Shown: piece after piece, positions 17,373 through 26,736 of the stretch
Layout of the letters: the number at the start of each line of letters is the position of its first letter
How positions within the stretch are numbered: position 1 is the stretch's first letter
From: a virus
Lineage: Duplodnaviria > Caudoviricetes
Direction: 5' to 3' (one strand)
IMG/VR virus record: IMGVR_UViG_3300026432_000013
Span: 12,180 to 76,179 of that record
DNA: 64,000 nucleotides
Translations under genes and position numbers: made by a program
Notes under the pieces: model-generated
Database searches by the model: none
What the model was told of the DNA's origin: nothing
Seen by the model: only the letters and a program-made list of their open reading frames with translations

Positions 17373-17777
17373 TTATAGTACTGTAGTCTTGAATGTTACA
17401 GAAGGCTTCTTAATCTTAAACTCATCACACATCTTTCTAGATAGCTTCTTCTCTTTGATAAATCCCTCTACCATATCCTTGTTGACTACAATCTCCTTAC
17501 ACTGACGTGCCAACCCAGCAGGGATAGCAGTTAGTAATGAAGGGTCATACGTAGTGTACAAAGCATTCTGCACTACTCTCTCACCCTCTTGTAGCTCAAC
17601 TCCACCACCATTAGTACCTGATATAGCGTACACCTGACGTGCTTCCATTTCATCTTCTATAAGACCACGTAATCTTTTCAATTCTTTCTCTAGAGTTTTA
17701 GATGCCTCATATATCTTTAGATATTGGTCTACATGTGCCTGCATTTGTTTAGTGATAATACGTTGTTTTACTGCCAT
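17373..17777 (-). CDS. Gam/Gp157-like coiled-coil protein (tentative)
   Basis: N-terminal coiled coil, then the VVNKDMVEGFI..KKPSVTF pattern. Confidence 0.45.
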   Translation of the reverse strand: MAVKQRIITKQMQAHVDQYLKIYEASKTLEKELKRLRGLIEDEMEARQVYAISGTNGGGVELQEGERVVQNALYTTYDPSLLTAIPAGLARQCKEIVVNKDMVEGFIKEKKLSRKMCDEFKIKKPSVTFKTTVL

Positions 17778-17891
17778 TATAACCAGCTCCTTTTATCTTT
17801 GGTATCTTTTGAAGTTAGTTTGCCCGAAGAACGGAATCTCCATCCTTAGCTACTCCGTAGAGTGAACCAACCAACTCAACTTGATGACTTC

Positions 17892-17920
17892 ATTTTGAAG
17901 GAAACCACCCCAGAAGTCAA
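17892..17920 (-). promoter_or_regulatory. Sigma-A-like promoter with non-canonical -10
   Basis: TTGACT-17-CAAAAT. Confidence 0.65.
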
Positions 17921-17935
17921 ACAAATGAAAAGGAA

Positions 17936-18688
17936 CTAGGCTGAAGTACCTAGTTCCTTATTGATTTCCGCTATTGTTCTCCCAAGAGGGGCGTTTATAA
18001 CTACATCAGCTATATGGTCTAGCTGTGTCTCGTCATTATTAATGATTACTAAGCTTCCACCATTCTTCTTAGTGTAGGCAGGTAGAATAGCTGCTGGGGT
18101 TACCTGTAGGGAAGAACCCATTACAATAGTAAGGTCAGCATTCTGCACCGCAGATAATGATAAGGCTAAAGTGTTCTGGGATAACTGCTCGTTAAATAGA
18201 ACGATGTTAGGTCTAAGAAGTCCACCACAATGAGGACATCTGATGTTATGCAGGTAATAAGAACTAGGAGTACTCTTTTTACATGCAGAGCAGAAGCAAC
18301 TAGCTAAATCACCATGCAACATATGCACAGGAATCTTAGCAGTATTGACTTGGCTATGATATCCATCAACATTCTGGGTGATAATGTGATGTACCAGTCC
18401 TTGCTCAGCCCAGTCATTAATACACATATAAGACTCATCAGGCTCATTACTTAACACTTGACCAATTCTCTCTCTATAGTACTCAGTAAATTCAAAGGTG
18501 CTATCCCACAACCCTCTAGTAGTAGCTAATTCTTGAATACGTCTGTTTTTGTAGAGACCGCTAGAGCTTCTAAAATCCTGTAGCCCGCATTCGGTTGAAA
18601 GTCCAGCCCCACTCAACACCACCGTCTTCTTGCTCCCCTTTAGCAACTCACTAACCTTCTTGATAGTCTCCTCATATACCTTGTTCAT
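17936..18688 (-). CDS. cobB: Sir2-family NAD-dependent deacylase
   Basis: GAGLSTECGLQDFR, TQNVDG, HG, two CxxC, RPNIVLFNE, GSSLQV, INN motifs. Confidence 0.92.
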   Translation of the reverse strand: MNKVYEETIKKVSELLKGSKKTVVLSGAGLSTECGLQDFRSSSGLYKNRRIQELATTRGLWDSTFEFTEYYRERIGQVLSNEPDESYMCINDWAEQGLVHHIITQNVDGYHSQVNTAKIPVHMLHGDLASCFCSACKKSTPSSYYLHNIRCPHCGGLLRPNIVLFNEQLSQNTLALSLSAVQNADLTIVMGSSLQVTPAAILPAYTKKNGGSLVIINNDETQLDHIADVVINAPLGRTIAEINKELGTSA

Positions 18689-18889
18689 CTGAACCTCTCC
18701 TTTTTCTCGGTTGTCTTTTCTACCAAACTATATCTAGTTCTGCTTCTAGCTTCTTACATGCATGACACAAGCCATCTTCCACCTCATCAGGCTGGGTATC
18801 ACTAAACTTTGGTGAGGAAGTGTATGGATGATAACAATTAGTACACTTAACTAACGTATACCCCTCTTCTAAGAAAGCAAGAGGGGGAA

Positions 18890-20923
18890 TTACTCCCCCA
18901 CTATACCTCTCATCATAGCCTCTTCTTGCTCTCTAATATGTTGATATACTCGGCTATCATACTCTTCATTAACTGCTTTGGCACTAAAGGCACTCATGCC
19001 TAGCTCTTTAGCAAAGCGACTCACCATACAACGTCTACCATTATAAGATTGTAGGCAAGAGATATATACTTCACTCTCTGCTCTTGTAATACCAACATAT
19101 AACAATCTACGCTCTTCCTCAATAGCCAAAGGCTTACCATCATTTTCTGACTCTACTGCTCTAAAGTGAGGCAATACTCCTTCAGACACACCCACACAGA
19201 ATGCTACAGGGAACTCAAGACCCTTACTCTTATGGATAGTCATTAGCTGAACACCGTCAATACTATGTTTAGCTTGAGAAGTCATCATCTCAATATAGCC
19301 TAGGAAGTCCTCAACGTTCTCATAACGGTCTAACACGTACTTTAATGTCTCAATATTCTCTAGACGGTTACTTTCTTCCTCATCGTCCTCACCTAGGATA
19401 TACTCACGGTACCCAGCATTGTCTAATAAATGATTTACTAAATCAGTAGGAGTACTATCCTTACGTAGAAGCTCTTGTAGTTCTCTCACTACTGCTGTAA
19501 AGCTTAGAATACCATTAGTTTCATAACCTTTAAGAGATAACTTACCAGAAGTAATAGCTTCCCAATGTGAGCCATCATATGACTTAACCTTCTCAAAGAA
19601 CACTTTACCTAGATAACGACTTGGAACGTTATACACACGCTTGAACGCTGTATCTGCATGAGGGTCAATAGCCAGTTTAAGGTAAGATACAATGTCCTTA
19701 ATCTCCTTACGCTCATAGAAGGAAATACCTCCATGGATAACATATGGTAGACCTGACATGATTAGCTCATCTTCTAGAGCACGAGATTGAGAATTAGTAC
19801 GGTAAAGGATAGCAATGTCCTTATGACCTCTACCTTTCTTCTCTATCTGAATCTTGATATCATCTACTACCTGTTTAGCTTCCTCTGTCTCATCTCTGAA
19901 TACAGATAATGCTGTACAATCACTGTTATCTTGCTTATGTGCTTTAAGCGTTTTCTTGATACGCTTAGTGTTATGTTTAATCAGATTGTTAGCAATCTGT
20001 AGAATAGCTGGGTTACTACGGTAGTTGTCTTCTAATGCAATGGACTGTACATTCTTGTATGAAGAGCTAAACTCTATAAACTGTTCTGGTTTAGCACCAC
20101 GGAAACCGTACATAGACTGGTCGTCATCACCTACGATAAATAAGTTATTCTCTGGATAAGCTAGCATGCTCATTAGCTCATACTGTAATGAGTTGCTATC
20201 TTGTGCTTCATCCACTAGTATGTATTTGTAGATGTCTTGGTACTTTTTAAGTACTTCTGGGTGCTCCTTAAACAGCTTCCATAGAAGGTATAGCATGTCG
20301 TCACCATCAATCTTATCTTGGCTCTGCTTAGTAATCTCATAGCGTCTGAAGAACTCGATATAGCAATCCATTCTAGTACCCTTACCACTATTCTCTTCTT
20401 CAAAGTCTTGGTAGTTCTGACCATTATTCTTAGTCAATCCTACTACCTTCAGTAATCCTGGGATAGGCATGTCTCTTAGCTCTTCTTTGATACTGAACTC
20501 AATTGTTCTATCCATCATGATAGCCTTGACTATACTCTCAGCAAAGTACTTTTGAGAGTTACCCATTAGTACTCCATCCTTCTTCTTAAATGCCCACATT
20601 CTAGAGTCACCTAACGCTTCATACTCTTTCTTCAAGATGCGGTAACCAATAGAGTGTGTAGTACCAATTGTTAACTGCATTAGCTTCATCTGGGGGATAA
20701 GCTTAGACAGACGCTCTTCCATCTCTTCACTAGCCTTCTTAGTGAATGTTGTCATCATGATATGCTTAGGCTTGATTTTAAGGTCAGTAATCATGTGTGC
20801 TACACGGTGTGTTAGAACACGAGTCTTACCACTACCTGCTACTGCATTGATTTGTACACGACCTTCTACTGCTAATACTGCTGTTTCTTGGCTTGGGTTT
20901 AACCCATCAATAAATTTACTCAC
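18890..20923 (-). CDS. pcrA: UvrD/PcrA superfamily-1 helicase
   Basis: AVAGSGKT, VDEAQD, VGDDDQSMYGFRGA, LEDNYRS, TIHKSKGLEF, EERRLLYVGITRA. Confidence 0.95.
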   Translation of the reverse strand: MSKFIDGLNPSQETAVLAVEGRVQINAVAGSGKTRVLTHRVAHMITDLKIKPKHIMMTTFTKKASEEMEERLSKLIPQMKLMQLTIGTTHSIGYRILKKEYEALGDSRMWAFKKKDGVLMGNSQKYFAESIVKAIMMDRTIEFSIKEELRDMPIPGLLKVVGLTKNNGQNYQDFEEENSGKGTRMDCYIEFFRRYEITKQSQDKIDGDDMLYLLWKLFKEHPEVLKKYQDIYKYILVDEAQDSNSLQYELMSMLAYPENNLFIVGDDDQSMYGFRGAKPEQFIEFSSSYKNVQSIALEDNYRSNPAILQIANNLIKHNTKRIKKTLKAHKQDNSDCTALSVFRDETEEAKQVVDDIKIQIEKKGRGHKDIAILYRTNSQSRALEDELIMSGLPYVIHGGISFYERKEIKDIVSYLKLAIDPHADTAFKRVYNVPSRYLGKVFFEKVKSYDGSHWEAITSGKLSLKGYETNGILSFTAVVRELQELLRKDSTPTDLVNHLLDNAGYREYILGEDDEEESNRLENIETLKYVLDRYENVEDFLGYIEMMTSQAKHSIDGVQLMTIHKSKGLEFPVAFCVGVSEGVLPHFRAVESENDGKPLAIEEERRLLYVGITRAESEVYISCLQSYNGRRCMVSRFAKELGMSAFSAKAVNEEYDSRVYQHIREQEEAMMRGIVGE

Positions 20924-20982
20924 TAGTACCCTCTCCTTTTAGCTCTGGTCTAGAGGAAGGAGGTTCTCCCTCTCACAAGACC

Positions 20983-21011
20983 ATTTTCTCACGACTGGAA
21001 ACAGAAATCAA
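20983..21011 (-). promoter_or_regulatory. Sigma-A-like promoter with non-canonical -10
   Basis: TTGATT-17-GAAAAT with TG. Confidence 0.6.
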
Positions 21012-21634
21012 GGACGTTCCGTAGGCTCAAGCTCTACAGTGTCAGGAACAAGCTGAACTATCCCTTTAACCATCCACTCCTGTATTAGGTCAGAAGTAGT
21101 TGCCATCTTCCTATGTTTTACGTAGTCCCCTTGAGGATGTATAGAATATATCATACCCTCTATAACTATATCACCTTCCCTATTCGCATTTACTACACAG
21201 TACTTATTGTCTGGTTTAAGGAAGAACTCATTAGTTACAGGTACGGGAACACCAACTTCAAACACAGTTAGGTACTTGACCTCAGCTATCTGCTCCGTAG
21301 TAGTTAACTCCTTCAGCTCTATCTTACGGATATAATTAGACAGACAACGATTGTTTATACAGAAGTAGTATACAGGGACACCAATGTTCTTCCAGTCACC
21401 ATTACCTAACAATCCACCCCTACTCGTGCCTCCTACATGGAGGTTGCCCACTATTTCTAGGTAGCTCTCCTGATGAGTAAGGTGCTGACAGTTACACTCA
21501 TGACAGTTAACAAACTCCACTATCTCATCATTATACTGAATGACCTCTAGCTCCCCTGTAGATTTAAGTACAGCCTTTCTAGGCTTGTTTTGCATCTTCA
21601 ACCCTGTTAACTCTTCAGTATTATTAGTTCCCAT
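21008..21634 (-). CDS. Cys-rich domain protein, paralogue of 21991..22224
   Basis: CHEC..H..Y..I.GN..FC..CL. Confidence 0.7.
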   Translation of the reverse strand: MGTNNTEELTGLKMQNKPRKAVLKSTGELEVIQYNDEIVEFVNCHECNCQHLTHQESYLEIVGNLHVGGTSRGGLLGNGDWKNIGVPVYYFCINNRCLSNYIRKIELKELTTTEQIAEVKYLTVFEVGVPVPVTNEFFLKPDNKYCVVNANREGDIVIEGMIYSIHPQGDYVKHRKMATTSDLIQEWMVKGIVQLVPDTVELEPTERP

Positions 21635-21647
21635 TGTTTACATCCTC

Positions 21648-22004
21648 CTATATAATTCCTATTATATTTTTCATTTCTTCCTCAGACCAGTGGAACGTAC
21701 CTTCTGATACCTCTCCTTGTATGCCACAAGGGGTGTCAAACACCCAGTGTACATCTTCAAAGTACACTCCATAGATAGTTTCATCTTCTCTTATGATTGC
21801 CTCTTTTATTGTTCCTAGAGTACCTTGTGGTAGGAAAGAACCAAGGTCATCTACATAGTGCTCTTTAGCAACTGCAATTTTCGTACCTATTATTCTGATA
21901 CATTTCACCTGATATATAGGTTCAGTCTCTGGTTCTATAGATACCTGCCACGGTCTCTCCCCTATTTCTCTTACCTCTTTCTTCTTAGCTTTATCGAATG
22001 CCAT
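21648..22004 (-). CDS. Hypothetical protein, paralogue of 23011..23271
   Basis: LPQGTLG.I..Y.VYF. Confidence 0.7.
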   Translation of the reverse strand: MAFDKAKKKEVREIGERPWQVSIEPETEPIYQVKCIRIIGTKIAVAKEHYVDDLGSFLPQGTLGTIKEAIIREDETIYGVYFEDVHWVFDTPCGIQGEVSEGTFHWSEEEMKNIIGII

Positions 22005-22224
22005 TGTCTGCATCCTCCTTCTTAGCTTTGATATGTTTCATAAGACAATCCTTGTCAGCACAAAAGTTAGCTGAAGGTAGTTCTTCATGATCACATTTAC
22101 CAGAGCAGTTGGCATCCAGTACCTCCTGATTACCTTGATAGATATACCCCTGAACCTGGATATAAGTGGTTCTATCTGCTTCATGCCTCTCTTTACATTG
22201 CCAGCATCTAACTACACCCTTCAT
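21991..22224 (-). CDS. Small Cys-rich protein
   Basis: CWQC..H..YIQVQG..FC..CL. Confidence 0.7.
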   Translation of the reverse strand: MKGVVRCWQCKERHEADRTTYIQVQGYIYQGNQEVLDANCSGKCDHEELPSANFCADKDCLMKHIKAKKEDADNGIR

Positions 22225-22655
22225 CAATAACCCCTCCAGTACCAAACTTGGACTTGTGTAAAGTAGCCTAGTTGAGTATTAGACTTCTTATAAGAACGTC
22301 CACCAGAGAATGGGTGGTTAGTGAACTCCCATAGCTCTCTTTCAGCTTCCTTAAATTCCTCACTATCCTCTTTCCATCTCAGCTCTAATCCTAACCATCT
22401 CTTATCCTTAATTACTTCCCTTGGTAGATTATCTGTTAGTTGTGAACCACACTCACTACAGTAGTTACCCTTTCTCTCTTTATTACATCTTCTACACCCC
22501 TTAACATGGTCATAGGTAACTGTTTGGAATCTAGCAAAGATTTCCTTACCCTCCATTAGCTTCTGGAATGCTTTCTCTGTTGTTAGCTTAATTAATTTCT
22601 CTCCCTTATCTAAGTCCCCATTACTTATAGTTACATTTCTGTGATTCAGTCCCAT
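22224..22655 (-). CDS. Hypothetical protein with double Zn ribbon
   Basis: CRRC..CSECG. Confidence 0.7.
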   Translation of the reverse strand: MGLNHRNVTISNGDLDKGEKLIKLTTEKAFQKLMEGKEIFARFQTVTYDHVKGCRRCNKERKGNYCSECGSQLTDNLPREVIKDKRWLGLELRWKEDSEEFKEAERELWEFTNHPFSGGRSYKKSNTQLGYFTQVQVWYWRGY

Positions 22656-22666
22656 TTTATGTCCTC

Positions 22667-23014
22667 CTAGAAATCGTTATAGATTTTATGTGGTATACCT
22701 GCCTGCCCCATCTTCATAAGCATGTCATTAGTACCTTTACTGTTCAGCTTACTTCTGAACCCTAGACCATATTCAGGCTTACCCTCATGCAACATCTGGC
22801 TATTACGGTATAAGCCCTCACGCTTATCGCCTTTCCACTCAGCCTTATATACTTCTACTTTAAACCCTAAGTATCTGGCTACTATGTCTACTATTTTGTC
22901 TAGTCCTTTAGCACCACCATGTATGATAACAGAGTCTACTGGTAATTCCAGTAGAGCATCTATTACCATGTCAACGTTCTTGAAGTCTCTACTCCCCGTG
23001 CATAGAACTCTCAT
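22667..23014 (-). CDS. SLOG-superfamily DUF2493 (YspA-like) protein
   Basis: RVLCTGSRDF, IHGGAKGLD, RNSQML, SKGTNDML motifs. Confidence 0.85.
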   Translation of the reverse strand: MRVLCTGSRDFKNVDMVIDALLELPVDSVIIHGGAKGLDKIVDIVARYLGFKVEVYKAEWKGDKREGLYRNSQMLHEGKPEYGLGFRSKLNSKGTNDMLMKMGQAGIPHKIYNDF

Positions 23015-23271
23015 GGTGTTTGTATCATCCTAATACCCAAGTGCCCCATTCTCTCTTCTGTAAGGATGTAAGGTACCTCTTCTTCTGCCCTATCCCCATC
23101 CATGAGAACTAAGGCAAAGTATACTGTGTAGTGTCTTCCTCCTCCATTGTCTAGAGAAACAGTTTCCACTATTCCTGTAGTACCTTCTGGAATAACAGCA
23201 CTACCAAAATTTATCTCTTTAGTACACAACATTACAGAACCTGGCTTAAACATTACGTACATCTCAGGCAT
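23011..23271 (-). CDS. Hypothetical protein
   Basis: IPEGTTG.V..YTVYF. Confidence 0.7.
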   Translation of the reverse strand: MPEMYVMFKPGSVMLCTKEINFGSAVIPEGTTGIVETVSLDNGGGRHYTVYFALVLMDGDRAEEEVPYILTEERMGHLGIRMIQTP

Positions 23272-23941
23272 TGTTTGCTACCTCCTTACGCTTACGTGAA
23301 TCACGTATTCTGATTGCCATATTCTTTAAAGCTTCAAACTGCTTATCTGATAGGGAGTTACCCTCATTCCACTGTTTCTGTAGGCTTTGGAAGAAACTAT
23401 TCTCTCCATGCCCAGCACTATGTATAATACTTGCTGCATATCGAATTGAAGGCTCTTGCTTTCTGCGTTTACTCTCTACCTCTTGTGGGTCTGGTACATA
23501 TGGTTTCTTCCTAAGACTGTCTAGACCTTCTACAAAGTTCTTACTGAACTCTTTATCCTTCATCTTCTCTTCACCATGTACAATATACCCTACGCACACA
23601 CTACCCAAGTCCAAATATACACCTGTTTTAATGTTCTTGCATAAGTATCTGTATCTAATTTGCTGGTGTTGGCAGTACTCACATGTAGTTTTATTACCTT
23701 TACCGTTGTCTTTTACCTTACCAGTGAATACCCACTCTTTTCTAAGTTGTTCTCTAAAGTGGTTATCCTGTCCATCCTCAAGATACTCATCCAAAACCTT
23801 AGCATCTTCTCTAGTGATTGATAAGACTGCTCTCTTACCTTCCTTACGTAGACATTCTGTGTACTCATACAGTTCCTCGCTGTCCTGTAGACAGTCACTA
23901 AGCAAAAGTATTCTCCACTCACCTACTGATAATTTAGTCAT
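23264..23941 (-). CDS. Hypothetical protein with CxxC..GSxC Zn motif
   Basis: CEYCQH..IRY..KNIKTG..LGSVC. Confidence 0.75.
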   Translation of the reverse strand: MTKLSVGEWRILLLSDCLQDSEELYEYTECLRKEGKRAVLSITREDAKVLDEYLEDGQDNHFREQLRKEWVFTGKVKDNGKGNKTTCEYCQHQQIRYRYLCKNIKTGVYLDLGSVCVGYIVHGEEKMKDKEFSKNFVEGLDSLRKKPYVPDPQEVESKRRKQEPSIRYAASIIHSAGHGENSFFQSLQKQWNEGNSLSDKQFEALKNMAIRIRDSRKRKEVANNA

Positions 23942-23994
23942 ATCTCTACACCTCTCCTTTTAGACTCAATGTACTTCCTGACTTCCATGAGTCA

Positions 23995-24023
23995 ATTTTC
24001 ACACGGAACAGAGAGAAAAGCAA
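23995..24023 (-). promoter_or_regulatory. Sigma-A-like promoter with non-canonical -10
   Basis: TTGCTT-17-GAAAAT with TG. Confidence 0.55.
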
Positions 24024-24044
24024 ATCAATCCTCTTACAATAAAT

Positions 24045-24075
24045 AAAAAAGGAGACAACATCAAAGTTGTCTCCC
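24045..24075 (-). promoter_or_regulatory. gp28-type middle promoter overlapping an intrinsic terminator
   Basis: GGGAGAcaA-16-TTTTTTA inside the hairpin GGAGACAAC/GTTGTCTCC. Confidence 0.6.
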
Positions 24076-24083
24076 TACAGTGT

Positions 24084-24431
24084 CTACGCCTTATACTGTT
24101 CCTTGCTCTTGTAGTAATTTTCCATGTCTTCCTTAGCTTTGTTTAACATATGTCGTTTGAAGTCTACTCTACGTTTGATACGCGTCTTCTGACTATGCTT
24201 GTTTGTAGCTTTATACTTGCCCTCCCAAAATGCTAGTTCCTTCTCTCTTACAGCCACCTCACTCTCAGGAGTAATGCCCATTATGTCATAGATACTAAAG
24301 GTTGGCATGAAGCTACTAACCTTTACTTCTCCTACCCAGTTTACAGGAGATTGTGCCACCCCTGCTTTATTCTCTCTAGATGAGCTAAGACGACCTGTTC
24401 TAACACCTGTAGTATTAATGTACGCTTCCAT
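24084..24431 (-). CDS. Hypothetical protein with a PolA-like TGRLSS motif
   Basis: NTTGVRTGRLSSSREN near the N-terminus. Confidence 0.65.
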   Translation of the reverse strand: MEAYINTTGVRTGRLSSSRENKAGVAQSPVNWVGEVKVSSFMPTFSIYDIMGITPESEVAVREKELAFWEGKYKATNKHSQKTRIKRRVDFKRHMLNKAKEDMENYYKSKEQYKA

Positions 24432-24753
24432 CTTTAACATCCCCTCCACTAGCTATTGCCATCATCATTTGTAATACCTGCTTAGTCTGTCTTTCCTCAC
24501 CATCAGGTATAGGTGCAGCACCACAACCCTTCTCATCAAACAGTGCCATTGTAATACCATTGCTACTATGATCTACTAAGAATACATGGCTAACTCCATC
24601 CTTGTAAACCAATAGGTGAGATAGAATTACTGTACCCTCTGGCTTGCCTGCATTAGCAGATACATCCATGTTAAGACTACCAACCTTTACTCCTGGTAGT
24701 AAAAACTTGTCTATAGCAAGAAACAACTCAATATCCATGTGAAACTCATTCAT
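24415..24753 (-). CDS. Hypothetical protein
   Basis: ORF with SD. Confidence 0.65.
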   Translation of the reverse strand: MNEFHMDIELFLAIDKFLLPGVKVGSLNMDVSANAGKPEGTVILSHLLVYKDGVSHVFLVDHSSNGITMALFDEKGCGAAPIPDGEERQTKQVLQMMMAIASGGDVKDGSVH

Positions 24754-24765
24754 TTTCCATTCCCC

Positions 24766-25077
24766 CTACATAAAGTCTGATTGTCTGTGACCCACTTCAG
24801 CCACCTTACTAAGCTTACCTTGTTCCTCTGCTAAGTACTCTTCTACATATTTTCTTGCTGTTGCTAGGTGACTGTAGTGTAAGAAGCCATCAATTTGTTC
24901 TATGTCATCTTCATACTCAGTAAGGTCATTGTCCTCCAGTACCTTTCTGATAGCTGAATGTCTCATTTCCCAACAGAAACTAGGCTCTCCACCAGATACA
25001 AACATCTCTGGTTTCTCTTGTGCCCACTCTTCTAATATCTTTACCGCTTCATCTTTTACCTCACCGTTGGTCATCAT
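24766..25077 (-). CDS. Hypothetical acidic protein
   Basis: ORF with SD GGAGGG. Confidence 0.65.
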   Translation of the reverse strand: MMTNGEVKDEAVKILEEWAQEKPEMFVSGGEPSFCWEMRHSAIRKVLEDNDLTEYEDDIEQIDGFLHYSHLATARKYVEEYLAEEQGKLSKVAEVGHRQSDFM

Positions 25078-25079
25078 AA

Positions 25080-25301
25080 CTATCCCTCCATATGTTCGAT
25101 TATATTAAGTGCCATCTTGTGGTCACTTTTAAGTTCTTTACACTGAATAGCTCCATACATGAAATCTAGTATCAGTTGTGCCTCATCTGGATGAAGTACT
25201 AACATTACATCCTCTTTAGTAAGGGCTGAAGCCCCCTTAGGGACTTTACTCAGCCTTGCTAATTTTGCCCTACGCTTCAGTTCCTCTAACTCTGCCGACA
25301 T
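25080..25301 (-). CDS. Hypothetical protein
   Basis: ORF with SD. Confidence 0.65.
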   Translation of the reverse strand: MSAELEELKRRAKLARLSKVPKGASALTKEDVMLVLHPDEAQLILDFMYGAIQCKELKSDHKMALNIIEHMEG

Positions 25302-25497
25302 GTGTAGCCTCCTTCCTAAGACTGATGTAGAGGTTACTACTCATTACCAGAGTTCCTCTACGACCTTCTATAGACTCTATATCTGCTTCTGTTATTCTCT
25401 TGAAGTGCTCTACATCTACTAGGAATACTGTAGTTCCTGTTCTGACCTCTACCTGACGTAGCCTAAGGTCAGCGATGTAGTTAATCTTTATGTTCAC
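25270..25497 (-). CDS. Hypothetical protein
   Basis: GTG start with SD GGGAGG. Confidence 0.6.
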   Translation of the reverse strand: MNIKINYIADLRLRQVEVRTGTTVFLVDVEHFKRITEADIESIEGRRGTLVMSSNLYISLRKEATHVGRVRGTEA

Positions 25498-25500
25498 TAG

Positions 25501-25722
25501 CTATTCCTCCCTACCCTGCTGAAGGGAGTCAACGGTACCCCTCATAGCTATCATTCTAATCTTGTTGTTAATGTCAGCGTCTAGCTTGATTAAGCACTGA
25601 ACACACAGAACTATCGTGGTTGTAGTATTAGTTCTACCTACATATATCTTGTAGGCTTCTGTCAAACCCCTGTCTAAACAGTTGTTACAACTACATTCCC
25701 CTACTATTCTGTTAATACGCAC
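25501..25722 (-). CDS. Small Cys-containing protein
   Basis: GTG start after AAAGGAGAGG; CSCNNC..CVQC. Confidence 0.65.
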   Translation of the reverse strand: MRINRIVGECSCNNCLDRGLTEAYKIYVGRTNTTTTIVLCVQCLIKLDADINNKIRMIAMRGTVDSLQQGREE

Positions 25723-25770
25723 GAATATCACCTCTCCTTTATGCTTGGTGTGTCCCTCGACCACATCCTT

Positions 25771-25799
25771 ATTTTTTCCGAATCCTCGAAAAAAGTCAA
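25771..25799 (-). promoter_or_regulatory. Sigma-A-like promoter with non-canonical -10
   Basis: TTGACT-17-AAAAAT. Confidence 0.6.
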
Positions 25800-25829
25800 A
25801 CCAGTAGACCTATACAAGAAAAGACTACC

Positions 25830-26447
25830 CTAAAGGGTAGCCTTGACGTGTTCTTTCATAATAGTCTCCATTACATAGTGAGCTGATTCCTTGCTATCAA
25901 CTATATTGATATTTGTAACATCAATCTCAACTTTAGGACTGTAGAAGTAGGTTCTGTACCAGACTTCATACGCTTGATTTAGCTTCTCCCAATAGGAACG
26001 CTCTACGTTCAACTCCGATTTCCTATTTCTTTTTTGAATTCGGTTGATACACTCATCAGTGGAGCATTTTAGGTAAACCATAAGTGCTGGTGGCTCAGTT
26101 AGGGCACGGAATGTATGGAATATGTTGATGTAGTCATTCATATTACGTTCCGTCATAATGCCATCTTGAGTCATCATGGAAGCAAATATTAAGTTTCCAT
26201 ACATGCTCATATCCATAATGTGATCATCTAAGCGTTGTGCATGTAAGGCTTGCTTAAAGCGTTCATGCAACAGGAATACCTGCATTGCATATCCATGTTT
26301 CTCAGGGTCTTTATAATAATCAGTTAAGTAGGGGTTACTCTTAACTGGCTCTCGGAATAATGTCATTCCTGTATATGTTGCCAACATCTCAGCTAAAGTA
26401 CTCTTTCCTGCTCCTACACTACCCTGAATTACAATGCCTTTACTCAT
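25830..26447 (-). CDS. Deoxynucleoside kinase (dNK family)
   Basis: IQGSVGAGKST, FREPV, Y.DP, RIQKRNR.SE, L..AYE.W. Confidence 0.88.
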   Translation of the reverse strand: MSKGIVIQGSVGAGKSTLAEMLATYTGMTLFREPVKSNPYLTDYYKDPEKHGYAMQVFLLHERFKQALHAQRLDDHIMDMSMYGNLIFASMMTQDGIMTERNMNDYINIFHTFRALTEPPALMVYLKCSTDECINRIQKRNRKSELNVERSYWEKLNQAYEVWYRTYFYSPKVEIDVTNINIVDSKESAHYVMETIMKEHVKATL

Positions 26448-26736
26448 CCGATGATTCCTCCCTGTTGATAGTGACAGTAATGGTTGTGTCATTGTTCACT
26501 TGGATATTTACTGGAATCTTCATACGTTTGGCAAGAGTACTTATAGCCTTGGACAGCCTTATAGACATGAGGGATACACTTCTGCTCTTAGTGATAGGCT
26601 TCTTTGCTCCTCTATTCATCTTAGTACATAATTTACATTTACGTACTCTCCCATCTGAGGACTTAGAGTCTCTATGGAACTCATCATAGTCTAGCCATTT
26701 CTCACAAGCCGTACATCTCTTTTTTGCTTCTGCCAT
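26440..26736 (-). CDS. Zn-finger DNA-binding protein (homing-endonuclease-type N-domain, no nuclease domain seen)
   Basis: KRCTACEK..F..DG..KCKLC. Confidence 0.65.
   Translation of the reverse strand: MAEAKKRCTACEKWLDYDEFHRDSKSSDGRVRKCKLCTKMNRGAKKPITKSRSVSLMSIRLSKAISTLAKRMKIPVNIQVNNDTTITVTINREESSDE

Noticed and set aside
26440-26736. HNH or endonuclease VII homing endonuclease
   Set aside because: Only the N-terminal Zn finger is present; no catalytic motif.
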